The translations under genes and the position numbers were made by a program. The notes under the pieces are model-generated. The model did not search any database. It was not told where the DNA came from and worked only from the letters and a program-made list of their open reading frames with translations. A stretch of DNA of 20,443 bases from Candidatus Heimdallarchaeota archaeon (lineage in GTDB: Archaea > Asgardarchaeota > Heimdallarchaeia > Heimdallarchaeales > JAJRWK01): positions 1-20,443 of the forward strand of contig JALTMP010000137.1 of the NCBI GenBank assembly GCA_027001645.1, given 5' to 3'. This document shows positions 5,848 to 14,593 of the stretch, in pieces. The number at the start of each line of letters is the position of its first letter. Positions within the stretch are counted from its first letter, which is position 1.

Positions 5848-8037
5848 ATGAAGGCAGGGCTTAGCGGCGTTGATATTAGAGCATGGATTGAAGAGAAGAG
5901 AGAAGAGATTGAAGGATCATGGATTACAAATATATATCAATTGCCAAATCGAATATTTCTCTTAAAAATAAGAATCCCAGGTGTGTCGGGCTCCCATTTC
6001 TTATTGTTGGAACCAGAGAAAAGAATGCACTTTACAAATTATGCCCGTCCTGTTCCAAAAACGCCCCCTAATTTTTGTACAACCTTACGAAAACACTTGC
6101 GAGACAAGCGCATCAATGCTATCAAGCAATTAGGCCTTGACCGAGTTGTTGAGTTACAGATAGGGCCCGAACCCTCTTACCGCTTAATCATTGAATTAAT
6201 GCCTCGGGGTGCCCTAATACTTGTTAGCCCAGAGGGAAAAATCATTGCATCTACTTCTTATAAGCGAATGAAAGACCGAGACATTCACCCCGGAAAACGC
6301 TATTCGCCACCACCTTCTGCAAGCAGTGATATCCTCACTTTGAGCATGGACGAAATCAGAGAAAAACTTGAAAGCGAAACAGGCAAGATAGGGATTCTTT
6401 TGAATCGGCTTCTCAATGTTGGTCCGCAGTGGTCAAAGGAACTTTTGGCCAGAGCTGGAGTCCAGAATAAGCCTTTGAAGGAATTAGAACCTCAAATGTT
6501 CCAAAGAGTTCTCCAAGTGGTTGAACAATTTAAACACGATCTTGAAGTTGGCAGTTTCTCTCCGGTTGTCATTTTGGATAAAAGCATTTCACAAGAGGAG
6601 AGCAGGCAAGACACGGATGGTGAACTCGCTTCTGAGTTGTTAGAAGAGACACTAGACGATGTTGGCGGAGATGAAAAAACAGTTGATGGCGTGTATGAAT
6701 TTGGCGCTCGGTTCTCCCCGGAGGATATTTTGGAAATCGCACCATTTCAGATGACGTTGTACAGCGATCTTGTTCAGATCAACGTTGATTCGTTTAATGA
6801 TGCTTTGGATTATTTCTTTTCCGCTCAAGAAGAAGACTACGAAATCGAAGAAGAGGCTGAAATTGTTATCGCCAAGAAGGTGGGACTTGAAAAACGACTG
6901 GAAGAACAACAAAAACATCTAGAGACCCAAAAATTACTCGCCCGGGAAGCAAAGATAAAGGCAGATCTGCTCTATCAGTATTTTAATGATGTAAACGAGC
7001 TACTCCATGCAATTAGGACTGCTTCAGAAAAGAAAATCCCCTGGGAAACAGTTATCGAGAAACTAGAGGAAGCGAAAAAGAAAGGCAATAAGTCTGCTCA
7101 GATCTTTTCCAAACTTCTCCCAGGAGAGGCAACCGTTGTTGTTGAATTGACTGCAGATTCCGGCGAGAGGTATGAAATTCCACTCGATTTTCGCAAAACA
7201 GTTGCGGAGCTTGCTGATATCATGTATGCCCAGGCAAAACGCGCCGAGAAGAAAGCAATTGGAGCAGCAGCTGCGATCGAAGAAACCATGCGAAAGCTGG
7301 AGGTTGAACGTCAAAAGGGAGAGTCGTTGGAAGCAAAAGCAGTTCATTCGAAGCTTCTAATCAGAAGAAAGAAGAAGTGGTATGAGAAATTCAGATGGTT
7401 CTTTACAACTGAGGGATTGCTCGCAATTGGTGGATTAGATGCAAGCACAAACGAGCGAATCATCAAACGATACCTTGATTCTAGCGACTTATACTTTCAC
7501 GCTGATATTCACGGTGCACCCTCTGTTGTTCTTAAAGGAGGAAAAGAGAACGCGGAAGAGGATTCAATAAGGCAAGCTGCACAATTCGCAATTATTTATT
7601 CGAGTGCGTGGAAGGCAGGCATAGGTGCCGCCGATGCGTATTACGTGTTGCCTGACCAAGTTTCCTTCACTCCTCCATCCGGCCAATATCTAGCCAAAGG
7701 CGCAGTGATGATTTATGGAGAAAAGAAATTTGTTCGACATTTGCCCGTTCGGGTAGGAATCGGTCTTATTATCAAAGAACAATGGGTAGAAATCATCGGT
7801 GGACCTCCCGAAGCGATCAAAGCAAGAAGTGATATCTATGTCGAATTAAGCCCTGGAGACAGTCCTCCGGGAAGCATTGCAAAACAGATCTTAGGTATTT
7901 TCTCCAAGAAACTGAATCCTGAGGATCAAGCCAAGCTTAAAGCCGTGAATCCTAACGAAGTGATTAGATTTCTTCCAGGATCAGCACGGGTTGAAAAAGT
8001 AGAAGAGATTGGAAAAAATAAAAAGATTAAGGATTAA
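5848..8037 (+). CDS. NFACT-family protein (FbpA/Tae2/NEMF/RqcH homologue; ribosome-quality-control type), 729 aa.
   Basis: N-terminal NFACT-N pattern (MKAGLSGVDIRAWIEE...ITNIYQ...IFLLKIR), a central E/K-rich coiled coil, and a C-terminal NFACT-R/DUF814 block (FFTTEGLLAIGGLDASTNERIIKRYLDSSDLYFHADIHGAPSVVLK). ATG start at 5848. Confidence 0.9.
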   Translation: MKAGLSGVDIRAWIEEKREEIEGSWITNIYQLPNRIFLLKIRIPGVSGSHFLLLEPEKRMHFTNYARPVPKTPPNFCTTLRKHLRDKRINAIKQLGLDRVVELQIGPEPSYRLIIELMPRGALILVSPEGKIIASTSYKRMKDRDIHPGKRYSPPPSASSDILTLSMDEIREKLESETGKIGILLNRLLNVGPQWSKELLARAGVQNKPLKELEPQMFQRVLQVVEQFKHDLEVGSFSPVVILDKSISQEESRQDTDGELASELLEETLDDVGGDEKTVDGVYEFGARFSPEDILEIAPFQMTLYSDLVQINVDSFNDALDYFFSAQEEDYEIEEEAEIVIAKKVGLEKRLEEQQKHLETQKLLAREAKIKADLLYQYFNDVNELLHAIRTASEKKIPWETVIEKLEEAKKKGNKSAQIFSKLLPGEATVVVELTADSGERYEIPLDFRKTVAELADIMYAQAKRAEKKAIGAAAAIEETMRKLEVERQKGESLEAKAVHSKLLIRRKKKWYEKFRWFFTTEGLLAIGGLDASTNERIIKRYLDSSDLYFHADIHGAPSVVLKGGKENAEEDSIRQAAQFAIIYSSAWKAGIGAADAYYVLPDQVSFTPPSGQYLAKGAVMIYGEKKFVRHLPVRVGIGLIIKEQWVEIIGGPPEAIKARSDIYVELSPGDSPPGSIAKQILGIFSKKLNPEDQAKLKAVNPNEVIRFLPGSARVEKVEEIGKNKKIKD

Positions 8038-8059
8038 ATCTAAGAATCAATACTGAAAA

Positions 8060-8617
8060 ATGTCTTCAAATTGTGATAATAAGAAGACCGTTATTCCCCC
8101 AAAGTTTATACTAGATGGTTCCCTCGGAGACGTAGCCAAGTTTTTGAGAATTATGGGCTTCTCAGCTGAGCTAAGAGTTACAAATCTGAGGAGAGAGAAA
8201 ATTGGTCCAGACTATATTGTAATCACTAGAAGCGAGGAGTTGGCGAATCATTTGAGAAAGAATGGAAAAGAAGCAATCGTCCTGCCAAAGAAGAAACCCA
8301 AAGAAGGAATTATTCATGATCTACGATTGATTGTGGAGAAAGTATCACCAAAAAGGATGCGTCCATACATGTTTTGCACTCCATTTTGCCAGCACTGTAA
8401 CTCGGCTCTCATGGTTCGAGATGCGAAAGAGCTTTCTTCTTTGATTCCAGAGAAGAGCTTGCATCATCTTGATTGGGCCTATTACTGCACTTCATGTAAT
8501 AAGACCTATTGGCTGGGAAGTCATTGGAAGCGAATCCGAGATGTTTTCGAACGAGCTTTGGAAGGTTACGATATTGTCATTCCACGTCCTTGGCAAAAGA
8601 GTCCGCCGTGTCAGTAG
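8060..8617 (+). CDS. Mut7-C RNase domain protein (PIN-like fold, PF01927/DUF82) with a C-terminal zinc ribbon.
   Basis: FILDGSLGDVAKFLRIMGF... N-terminal pattern; the C-terminal residues are CTPFCQHC...CTSCNKTYWLGSHWKRI (CxxC...CxxC plus the YWxGSHW motif). It starts 22 bp after the NFACT gene on the same strand. Confidence 0.8.
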   Translation: MSSNCDNKKTVIPPKFILDGSLGDVAKFLRIMGFSAELRVTNLRREKIGPDYIVITRSEELANHLRKNGKEAIVLPKKKPKEGIIHDLRLIVEKVSPKRMRPYMFCTPFCQHCNSALMVRDAKELSSLIPEKSLHHLDWAYYCTSCNKTYWLGSHWKRIRDVFERALEGYDIVIPRPWQKSPPCQ

Positions 8618-9365
8618 CACTGACATTAGAATTACTGTTAAAGATAGCAAAGCCGGTAACTGCTAAATCTATGAGTGGGTTAAGACTATCGATAATGAGG
8701 TCTGGAGAATTATCCGCAAATAGTGTCAGTATCAAGTCTCCCCATTGCCTTAGAACGAGAACTGACTTACAGCCAACGTTTTTTGCGCCTTCTATATCCT
8801 GTGGCATGTCCCCCACAAAAATCGCTTGATCTGTATCGATGTTCAATGCATCCAACGCTTTTTGCATGGGTTCTGGATCTGGTTTTGTTCTAGTTACATC
8901 ATCTCGAGAGACAATGACATCGAATAGACAGAGCTCGGGAATGGCGCTAATTGCTGTTTCTAAAGTCTTCTTACTTGCGGTGGACACAAGTGCGAGTCTA
9001 TAGCCCATATGGTGAAGGGTTTGTAAGACCTGATGGGTTTCTTCGAAGGGGGTGATGGTGTAGAACTGCTCTTTCTTTTTTCTAAGGCGCAAGAGAAGTT
9101 TAATTGTTTGTATTCTGGAAAGACCAGCCTCTCTTCCTATAATCCACGCGGCACGTATATTGAGAAACATAGAGTACCCGCTGCCAGCCTGAACCAATCG
9201 GGGCATTGCGCTGGTAAATCGTTCTCGTAAAATTTCAGCATTCAGGCGTGGTTCGATCTCTATAATGGTTTCTCCAACGGGCTTGATCCATCTAGGATAA
9301 AGATCGGAGAGGGTCCCGTCAAAGTCAAAAAGAATTGCTTGAATGCTTGTCTTGCTGAGAGTCAT
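8577..9365 (-). CDS. HAD-superfamily hydrolase (subfamily IA phosphatase-like).
   Basis: Motif I is ILFDFDGTL. The motif IV region is FVGDMPQDIEGAKNVG. The length of 262 aa includes an extra C-terminal tail of about 40 aa. The last 41 nt overlap the converging Mut7-C gene. Confidence 0.85.
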   Translation of the reverse strand: MTLSKTSIQAILFDFDGTLSDLYPRWIKPVGETIIEIEPRLNAEILRERFTSAMPRLVQAGSGYSMFLNIRAAWIIGREAGLSRIQTIKLLLRLRKKKEQFYTITPFEETHQVLQTLHHMGYRLALVSTASKKTLETAISAIPELCLFDVIVSRDDVTRTKPDPEPMQKALDALNIDTDQAIFVGDMPQDIEGAKNVGCKSVLVLRQWGDLILTLFADNSPDLIIDSLNPLIDLAVTGFAIFNSNSNVSATDTADSFAKDVE

Positions 9366-9401
9366 AAGTGTGTCCCTAGTAAGGAGATTTGATCTGTTAG
9401 A

Positions 9402-9617
9402 TTATTGTTGGGACGTGGCCTTTTCGTAATCCCAGTCAACGAATAGCTCAACGGGTAGCTCTCTCCCGTGACCGGGGCGGATTGCTAGTTTCCCCTTGGT
9501 TCTACAATCTATGCATTCTATGATAAAGAATCTTCCGCCGTCTTCGTCTTGGTTTTCCCAAAGCATGAATGCATTATGCCGTTTGGGGCACCGAAATCCT
9601 TTGCCTTCGCTCTTCAC
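9402..9617 (-). CDS. Small (71-aa) putative zinc-binding protein; GTG start.
   Basis: RCPKRH-x17-CIDCRTKG gives a C-x3-H...C-x2-C arrangement. It sits in a co-directional run between the 602-aa gene and the HAD gene, with gaps of 90 and 36 bp. Family not recognised; the start is uncertain. Confidence 0.4.
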   Translation of the reverse strand: MKSEGKGFRCPKRHNAFMLWENQDEDGGRFFIIECIDCRTKGKLAIRPGHGRELPVELFVDWDYEKATSQQ

Positions 9618-9707
9618 AATATTGAATTGGTATTTTGTCGAATAAGAGGATTTCCGTTAAAAGGTGTAAAAAAAGAATTAAAAAAAGGAAGACAGAAAGA
9701 CAGAGGC

Positions 9708-11516
9708 TCAGGTTAGTTTCAGGACCGCGTGATCGAGCTCAGTTGTAAAGACTTCAGAGCTCAGCTCTTCTCCGTAGATTCGCTGGACAGCTTCATCAAG
9801 GGGAGTGTGTCTTCTCGAACTCAAGAGCTGTCCTGTTCTCATGTGGAGGGTTCGGCGCTGAAGAATGTATTCTTCTCTCTTATTTTGCCATTCCGTGATA
9901 TCCTTCTGAAACGTTGCTCCAATAGTACCTACTAATCTGTCTTCGTTTCCTGCCATGCAAAAGATATATTTGAGGTTCTCATCATGTGCTAAGACAATTT
10001 CTTCAGGCAATAATTGGAACTCTCCAACAAAGAAATGATTAACGCATTGCTCGATAACTTCATCAAGACCATCCAGCATGCTCGCGATTGCTTCAGGATT
10101 TTCCAAAACAGGCGAAGTTAAGAATACCGTCCTATTTTGACCAAAATCGGATTCAATGACGCCCTCAATCACGTATTGGCTTTCTCTGAAGGTGTCGAAC
10201 ATCTCAAACAGCTTGAGATCCCCGACTGCGTCAATAGCAATGGCTTTGGCTACAAAATCAGGAATGTAGGGATCTTTCGTCTTGATTCTTTTAGACTTCA
10301 TCGATTTTGGTCGCTTTGGTGTTTTGGGCTTAAGTGCTGATGTAGATTTTTCTTTTTTGCCGAAGAATCTGCCGAATAGGGATCTTACTTTCTTTACAAT
10401 TGATTCCTCTTCCTCTTGACGGTGCGGAGTGCTGGCTTTTGGAACTGAAGATGGAGCAGATTCTTCAACCATTATGATTTCTTCAAGCTCAGGAGCAATG
10501 TTGCTCCAGCCCTTTCCTTCTCCCCCTTTGAGGTAAAGAATTGAAAGAATCTCCGAAACGTTAACTTCATCGGCTTCTGTTCTTAGCAAAACGAAGGGTT
10601 TCTTTTGATGGAAGGGGTTTCTTATCAAGATCAAGTTGCTTTCTTTTTCAGAGCCAAGGAGCTTCCCTCTTAAATAAATGAAATTGGTACTCTTATCGTG
10701 GTCTCTTAAGAAATCACGAAGGGGAGTAATCGCCTTTTGATCTTGCTTGTAGTCTCTTTTTTCTAGCGGAATATTCCATCGGGAAATAAGTCGTTCGTTT
10801 GCATCGAGCACCAATAAGGAACTAGTGGAGTCTATATTGGGTATTACTGGATTATCGTTAACCTCCACCTTGTGCACATTGCTGTACTCTGTGAGAACAT
10901 TCCAGATTGGCTCAACTAAGGAGCTCAGCTTACTGATGTTGCTCAATGCACCGCGTTGTTTGATTTCTTTGTCAGGCAACTGCCTTTTGAGGGCAGCAGA
11001 TAGAACCCCTAGCTCCCATCCGACATTTCCTGGGCCCAGTACTTGCTCACACAGTGTTAAGTAGGGGATTATTTGCGCATCCATTATTCTGACAAGAGTT
11101 GTTTCTCGATCAAGTCCCCTTCCAGAGAGGAACAGATCCTTTCTGCGGATTTGCTGGGCAAGGTTGTAAGCTAGATAAAATACTCGCATCAACGCATCGC
11201 TTGATCCACAACGAGAGGTTAGACCATCAATGAACGATGTAATAACGGATATTCTTCGCTCCTCGTCGTCGACTCCAGTTGGAACCTCTGAAGATGTTAC
11301 GATAAAATCTGCTATGAATAGAGCACGACTAGCATCTTGGGGGTCTATCAAACCTTTATCTTTGGCAAGGTCTAAGAGTTCTGGAGCCATCGTGGCGTAA
11401 CGCCCGAGACGCGACTCCATATCGTATTCTTTATCAATTTGCTTTAGCAATCCCTCAATCTCGCTTATGTTTGGTAGCTCTTTCAAAGAAATCATCCGTC
11501 CTTTTGGGATGTTCAC
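9708..11516 (-). CDS. Large multidomain protein of unknown function: helical N-terminal region, Lys-rich disordered linker, possible roadblock-like C-terminal domain.
   Basis: Long ORF of 602 aa with consistent coding composition. The linker is KKEKSTSALKPKTPKRPKSMKSKRIKTK. The C-terminal segment IVLAHDENLKYIFCMAGNEDRLVGTIG is preceded by a helix (PEAIASMLDGLDEVIEQ), resembling a roadblock/LC7 core. GTG at 11516 is the longest start; the first ATG is at 11495. Confidence 0.75.
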   Translation of the reverse strand: MNIPKGRMISLKELPNISEIEGLLKQIDKEYDMESRLGRYATMAPELLDLAKDKGLIDPQDASRALFIADFIVTSSEVPTGVDDEERRISVITSFIDGLTSRCGSSDALMRVFYLAYNLAQQIRRKDLFLSGRGLDRETTLVRIMDAQIIPYLTLCEQVLGPGNVGWELGVLSAALKRQLPDKEIKQRGALSNISKLSSLVEPIWNVLTEYSNVHKVEVNDNPVIPNIDSTSSLLVLDANERLISRWNIPLEKRDYKQDQKAITPLRDFLRDHDKSTNFIYLRGKLLGSEKESNLILIRNPFHQKKPFVLLRTEADEVNVSEILSILYLKGGEGKGWSNIAPELEEIIMVEESAPSSVPKASTPHRQEEEESIVKKVRSLFGRFFGKKEKSTSALKPKTPKRPKSMKSKRIKTKDPYIPDFVAKAIAIDAVGDLKLFEMFDTFRESQYVIEGVIESDFGQNRTVFLTSPVLENPEAIASMLDGLDEVIEQCVNHFFVGEFQLLPEEIVLAHDENLKYIFCMAGNEDRLVGTIGATFQKDITEWQNKREEYILQRRTLHMRTGQLLSSRRHTPLDEAVQRIYGEELSSEVFTTELDHAVLKLT

Positions 11517-11599
11517 TTATCTTCCCTATGCACTCTTGAAAAGATTTTCCCCTACTTTTGATAAAATCAAGGATTGATTGCTAGCAAACGTGTTCAAAA

Positions 11600-12145
11600 T
11601 TAAAGAATATCGTTGAGTGCCTTTTTGAAGACTTCATAAGTGGGCTTGTCAAAAAGAACGATTTTAACAACTCTAAGAGCTGAACCAGAAGGTTTATGCT
11701 TCAGAAACGAAACAATTTCTCCGAGAATTGCATGGGCTGCAGACTCGACGGGATAGCCAAAAATCCCCGTACTAATCGCCGGAAATGCTATGCTTTTGAT
11801 TCGTAACCTTGATGCTTCTTCGAGTGCCGATTTCACAGCACTTCGAAGTAGAGCTTCTTCTCCCTTGTTTCCACCTTGCCACCGCGGTCCAACGGCATGA
11901 ATGACATATTTTGCATGCAATTTTCCCCCTGTGGTCGCTCGTGCTTGCCCAGTTGGAACCCTTCCTAAGCGATCAGACTCTTCCTGAATGATATTGCCAC
12001 CCTTTCTAACGATTGCAGCGGCAAGCCCTCCGCCGTGAATGAGATTCTCATTTGCAGCGTTTACGATAGCATCAACTCTCTCCTCAGTAATATCTCCCGT
12101 CGAAATAATCATTTCTACTTCATTGATTTTCCTCGCTATCACCAT
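11600..12145 (-). CDS. Macro domain protein (MacroD/YmdB-like ADP-ribose / O-acetyl-ADP-ribose processing).
   Basis: GDITEERVDAIVNAANENLIHGGGLAAAI ... YVIHAVGPRW ... SIAFPAISTGIFGYP are canonical macro-domain motifs. The ORF track extends to 12196. The ATG at 12145 (MVIARKINEVEMIISTGDIT) or at 12112 gives the usual N-terminal length. Confidence 0.9.
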   Translation of the reverse strand: MVIARKINEVEMIISTGDITEERVDAIVNAANENLIHGGGLAAAIVRKGGNIIQEESDRLGRVPTGQARATTGGKLHAKYVIHAVGPRWQGGNKGEEALLRSAVKSALEEASRLRIKSIAFPAISTGIFGYPVESAAHAILGEIVSFLKHKPSGSALRVVKIVLFDKPTYEVFKKALNDIL

Positions 12146-12484
12146 AGTAATCAGCAAGATTCTAGATTTACAATTGAAAACAATTACGCTGGACAATTGT
12201 CTTTCTCCAAGACAGGAACAAAAAGAACATCCCCTCAGTCCGTGTTTGTCATCAAGTTTCAGTCTGGTGCATGTTCTTCACGGGGGACAAGAACGATTCT
12301 GCGGAATGGGATAAAGATCTTTCTAATGAGAGAAAGATAGAACCGCGGACTTAATATTGGGCAAAAGAAACATCTAGCATGCCCCGATGACCCATCTGGT
12401 ACCAGCCTGACTGATGATGACTGAGGTTTCAAGGAGAGGGGCCACCATTATTGAATTTGAAATCTTGGGTATCGCTGAGGAAAT

Positions 12485-13552
12485 CTATCCTGCTAGCAAT
12501 TTTCGATGGCGGTTAATCGCAGCACTAGCAATCTGTGAAGAATAAGCAATCAGTTTTTCTAAGAGATGTTGAATCACAAGCATAGTTGGGTCGGTTTCAG
12601 AAGCGATGCGTATGATCTCGTCCCATCGATTATCTGCTTGAGCCTTTCTTTCTCTATGGATTCTCTTCAGTCTCGAGGCTAGTTCCGGATCCTTGCGCCG
12701 AAAAGCAATCATGGCTTTTGTATAGAAATCCTGCACCAATTCCAAATCTTCTAGAATTGGCTTTGTTAACTCATCCAGATCAAGAGAGCTCGAGATTGAT
12801 GCTCGTAACAAAGCAATTTCTTCGAGAAGATCACCGATTCTTTCACAAGCTAGAAGGACGGTATGAAAATCAAGAAGTTCCCATGTATGAATCTTCAACT
12901 CCTGAGCTAAGGAGGGATTATTAGCAATAGCGTATAGGGCTCTGAGCAACAAGAAGAAATTTCTATCAAGGACCGTTTCAAAATGATGAATTTTTTCCAA
13001 GGTTTCGTTCTCGGTTGCAGTCACTTTGAAATAATTAATGACCTGTTTGAAAAGCACTTCAACTCTTGCTTGAAAGCTTATGAAGAAACGCTCGAAGTCA
13101 AATGCATGTAGCGGCATGATGCCTTGAATTACGACTGCTTTTTCTGTTTCACCAAGAACCTCGTAGCCATTTAGAATGGCAGATGTTAACTTTTCCAAAT
13201 GAGTTCTTAAAGCCAAGGTGATTTTCTTGTTTGATCTAATGATAATTCTAGAATAGCCGTCAAGATATGCGGATACTATGAGTTCGTCCATGAGTTCTCT
13301 GGAAACAGTGTCTTGAAGTCTAATAACTGCTTTTGATGGCTTCAAGCCATAGCTGACTCGCGGAGGATGAATGACAAGCTCCCCGGACTCAATTGCTTCC
13401 ATTCGGACTTCGTCAATTTGATCGGCTTGTTTACCGACATTGTGTTTCCTGATCCACTCTCGCGGGAGCGAAACAACAACTGTCCCATTACCTACGATTT
13501 GCACTTTGCGAGTGTACATTTTTCTCGGGATCAGATTCTTCTTGAAACTCAT
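12485..13552 (-). CDS. Transcriptional regulator: N-terminal AbrB/MazE/SpoVT swapped-hairpin domain fused to a PhoU-like helical domain (archaeal phosphate-uptake-regulator type).
   Basis: RKVQIVGNGTVVVSLPREWIRKHNV is the AbrB-type DNA-binding hairpin. The remaining roughly 280 aa are helical and PhoU-like. The A/T box tttttatataatatattta (13566-13586) lies about 25 bp upstream, so the transcript may be leaderless. An alternative ATG is at 13519. Confidence 0.8.
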   Translation of the reverse strand: MSFKKNLIPRKMYTRKVQIVGNGTVVVSLPREWIRKHNVGKQADQIDEVRMEAIESGELVIHPPRVSYGLKPSKAVIRLQDTVSRELMDELIVSAYLDGYSRIIIRSNKKITLALRTHLEKLTSAILNGYEVLGETEKAVVIQGIMPLHAFDFERFFISFQARVEVLFKQVINYFKVTATENETLEKIHHFETVLDRNFFLLLRALYAIANNPSLAQELKIHTWELLDFHTVLLACERIGDLLEEIALLRASISSSLDLDELTKPILEDLELVQDFYTKAMIAFRRKDPELASRLKRIHRERKAQADNRWDEIIRIASETDPTMLVIQHLLEKLIAYSSQIASAAINRHRKLLAG

Positions 13553-13565
13553 AGAACAACTAGTA

Positions 13566-13586
13566 TATTTTTTATATAATATATTT
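13566..13586. promoter_or_regulatory. Near-palindromic A/T-rich TATA region shared by the divergent genes 12485..13552 (minus) and 13634..14527 (plus).
   Basis: tttttatataatatattta sits in the 81-bp gap between the two divergent starts. Confidence 0.35.
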
Positions 13587-13633
13587 ACCGAATCGATATC
13601 TTGTCTTTCTCCAATTCTAGCCCGGTGAAGAAA

Positions 13634-14527
13634 ATGGTATTGGTAGAACTATTACCAGAATACATGTGGTTTGGAACTGCCCTCTTTTCACTTGTCTTCG
13701 GCGGAATAATGATCTTTTTCTACTTGTACAGTGCACTTGGTTCTTCCGAGGCCGGGGAGGCAGGTGAAGGAGTTGATTCCGAAATAGGAGCGGAAGCAGA
13801 CCTAGATGCGGACATGGACACTGACTTATCTGCAGATGGAGCTTACGATATTGATGCAGAAATTGAAATGGATCTTGAAAGTTTATCATCTGTTGAATCG
13901 ACGGATATAGGAGCTGAACTTGTCGATGCTGAAGCAGGGGGTGGCCTTTCCTTAGAACACGGCGCTCACATGGGTGGCGTCGAAACCATGGGCCTATTTG
14001 AAGGGTTTGAAGCCCCTCAGACCGTAATTGTTGAAGGAAGTAGTGTTCTGCTACCCTCGATTAGTGGTGCAACCTTCACATACGGATTAACAGGAGTAAT
14101 GCTCTGGTTTGATTCTGCCCCAACAGATCAATCTGTAACTTTTGCACTATTGGTTGCAATTATTGGAGGATTTGGAATGAGCAAGGCAATGAAAGAACTC
14201 ACGAAAGGCCACATGACACCAGTAACTGGAATCCAAAGAGGCAATTATGCGACTGTGATATATGAGGTAACCCCAACAAAATCGGGATTAGTTAGAATCA
14301 TGCAAGGAGATGGTTCTTCAAGAAAAGCAATTGCAATAGGAGCGTTTCCACATGACTACTTCAGCCAAGGAGAAAGAGGATTGGTCTGGGAAACCAATGG
14401 AACCATAGTTAAGATCACCCGAGAATTCCAGCCCTCATCCCCCCACATAGTTGGTCATCAATCGAACAAAGTGAAAACTCAGAAAAGCGAGAAGGCCTAT
14501 AAACAAAAGAGGAAAAAGAAGAATTAG
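13634..14527 (+). CDS. Membrane protein with a long acidic (D/E/G/A) repeat region and a C-terminal NfeD-like beta-barrel; the usual partner of SPFH/flotillin proteins.
   Basis: The ORF track starts at TTG 13601. The ATG at 13634 has GGTGA 5 nt upstream. There is an N-terminal TM helix, then SSEAGEAGEGVDSEIGAEADLDADMDTDLSADGAYDIDAEIEMDLE, a second hydrophobic segment, and a C-terminal GLVRIMQGDGSSRKAIAIG...GERGLVWETNGTIVKI segment resembling the short-NfeD OB-fold. Confidence 0.6.
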   Translation: MVLVELLPEYMWFGTALFSLVFGGIMIFFYLYSALGSSEAGEAGEGVDSEIGAEADLDADMDTDLSADGAYDIDAEIEMDLESLSSVESTDIGAELVDAEAGGGLSLEHGAHMGGVETMGLFEGFEAPQTVIVEGSSVLLPSISGATFTYGLTGVMLWFDSAPTDQSVTFALLVAIIGGFGMSKAMKELTKGHMTPVTGIQRGNYATVIYEVTPTKSGLVRIMQGDGSSRKAIAIGAFPHDYFSQGERGLVWETNGTIVKITREFQPSSPHIVGHQSNKVKTQKSEKAYKQKRKKKN

Positions 14528-14593
14528 CGCTTTCAATAAGTCCTCTTCTTCCTTCTTTAAAATGATAAAGGATGACAATAAGTGCTTGGCCAG

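Noticed and set aside
5322-7360. Minus/plus-strand small ORFs 5322..5594, 6652..6918, 7063..7347, 7098..7289, 7172..7360.
   Set aside because: They are embedded in the ATPase or NFACT coding sequence on other frames; they are shadows.
8469-9230. ORFs 8469..8666, 8509..8829, 9033..9230.
   Set aside because: They overlap the Mut7-C and HAD genes, which have clear motifs. They have no support of their own.
9729-11064. Plus-strand ORFs 9729..9935, 10137..10340, 10825..11064.
   Set aside because: They are antisense to the long 602-aa ORF and are compositionally poor.
12035-12340. Plus-strand ORFs 12035..12340 and 12039..12314.
   Set aside because: They overlap the macro-domain gene and its upstream region. 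The macro gene is unambiguous.
12405-12480. Possible archaeal box C/D sRNA (UGAUGA and CUGA motifs).
   Set aside because: A C box is immediately followed by CUGA with no guide spacer. There is no convincing C'/D' pair or terminal stem, so the resemblance is too weak to call.
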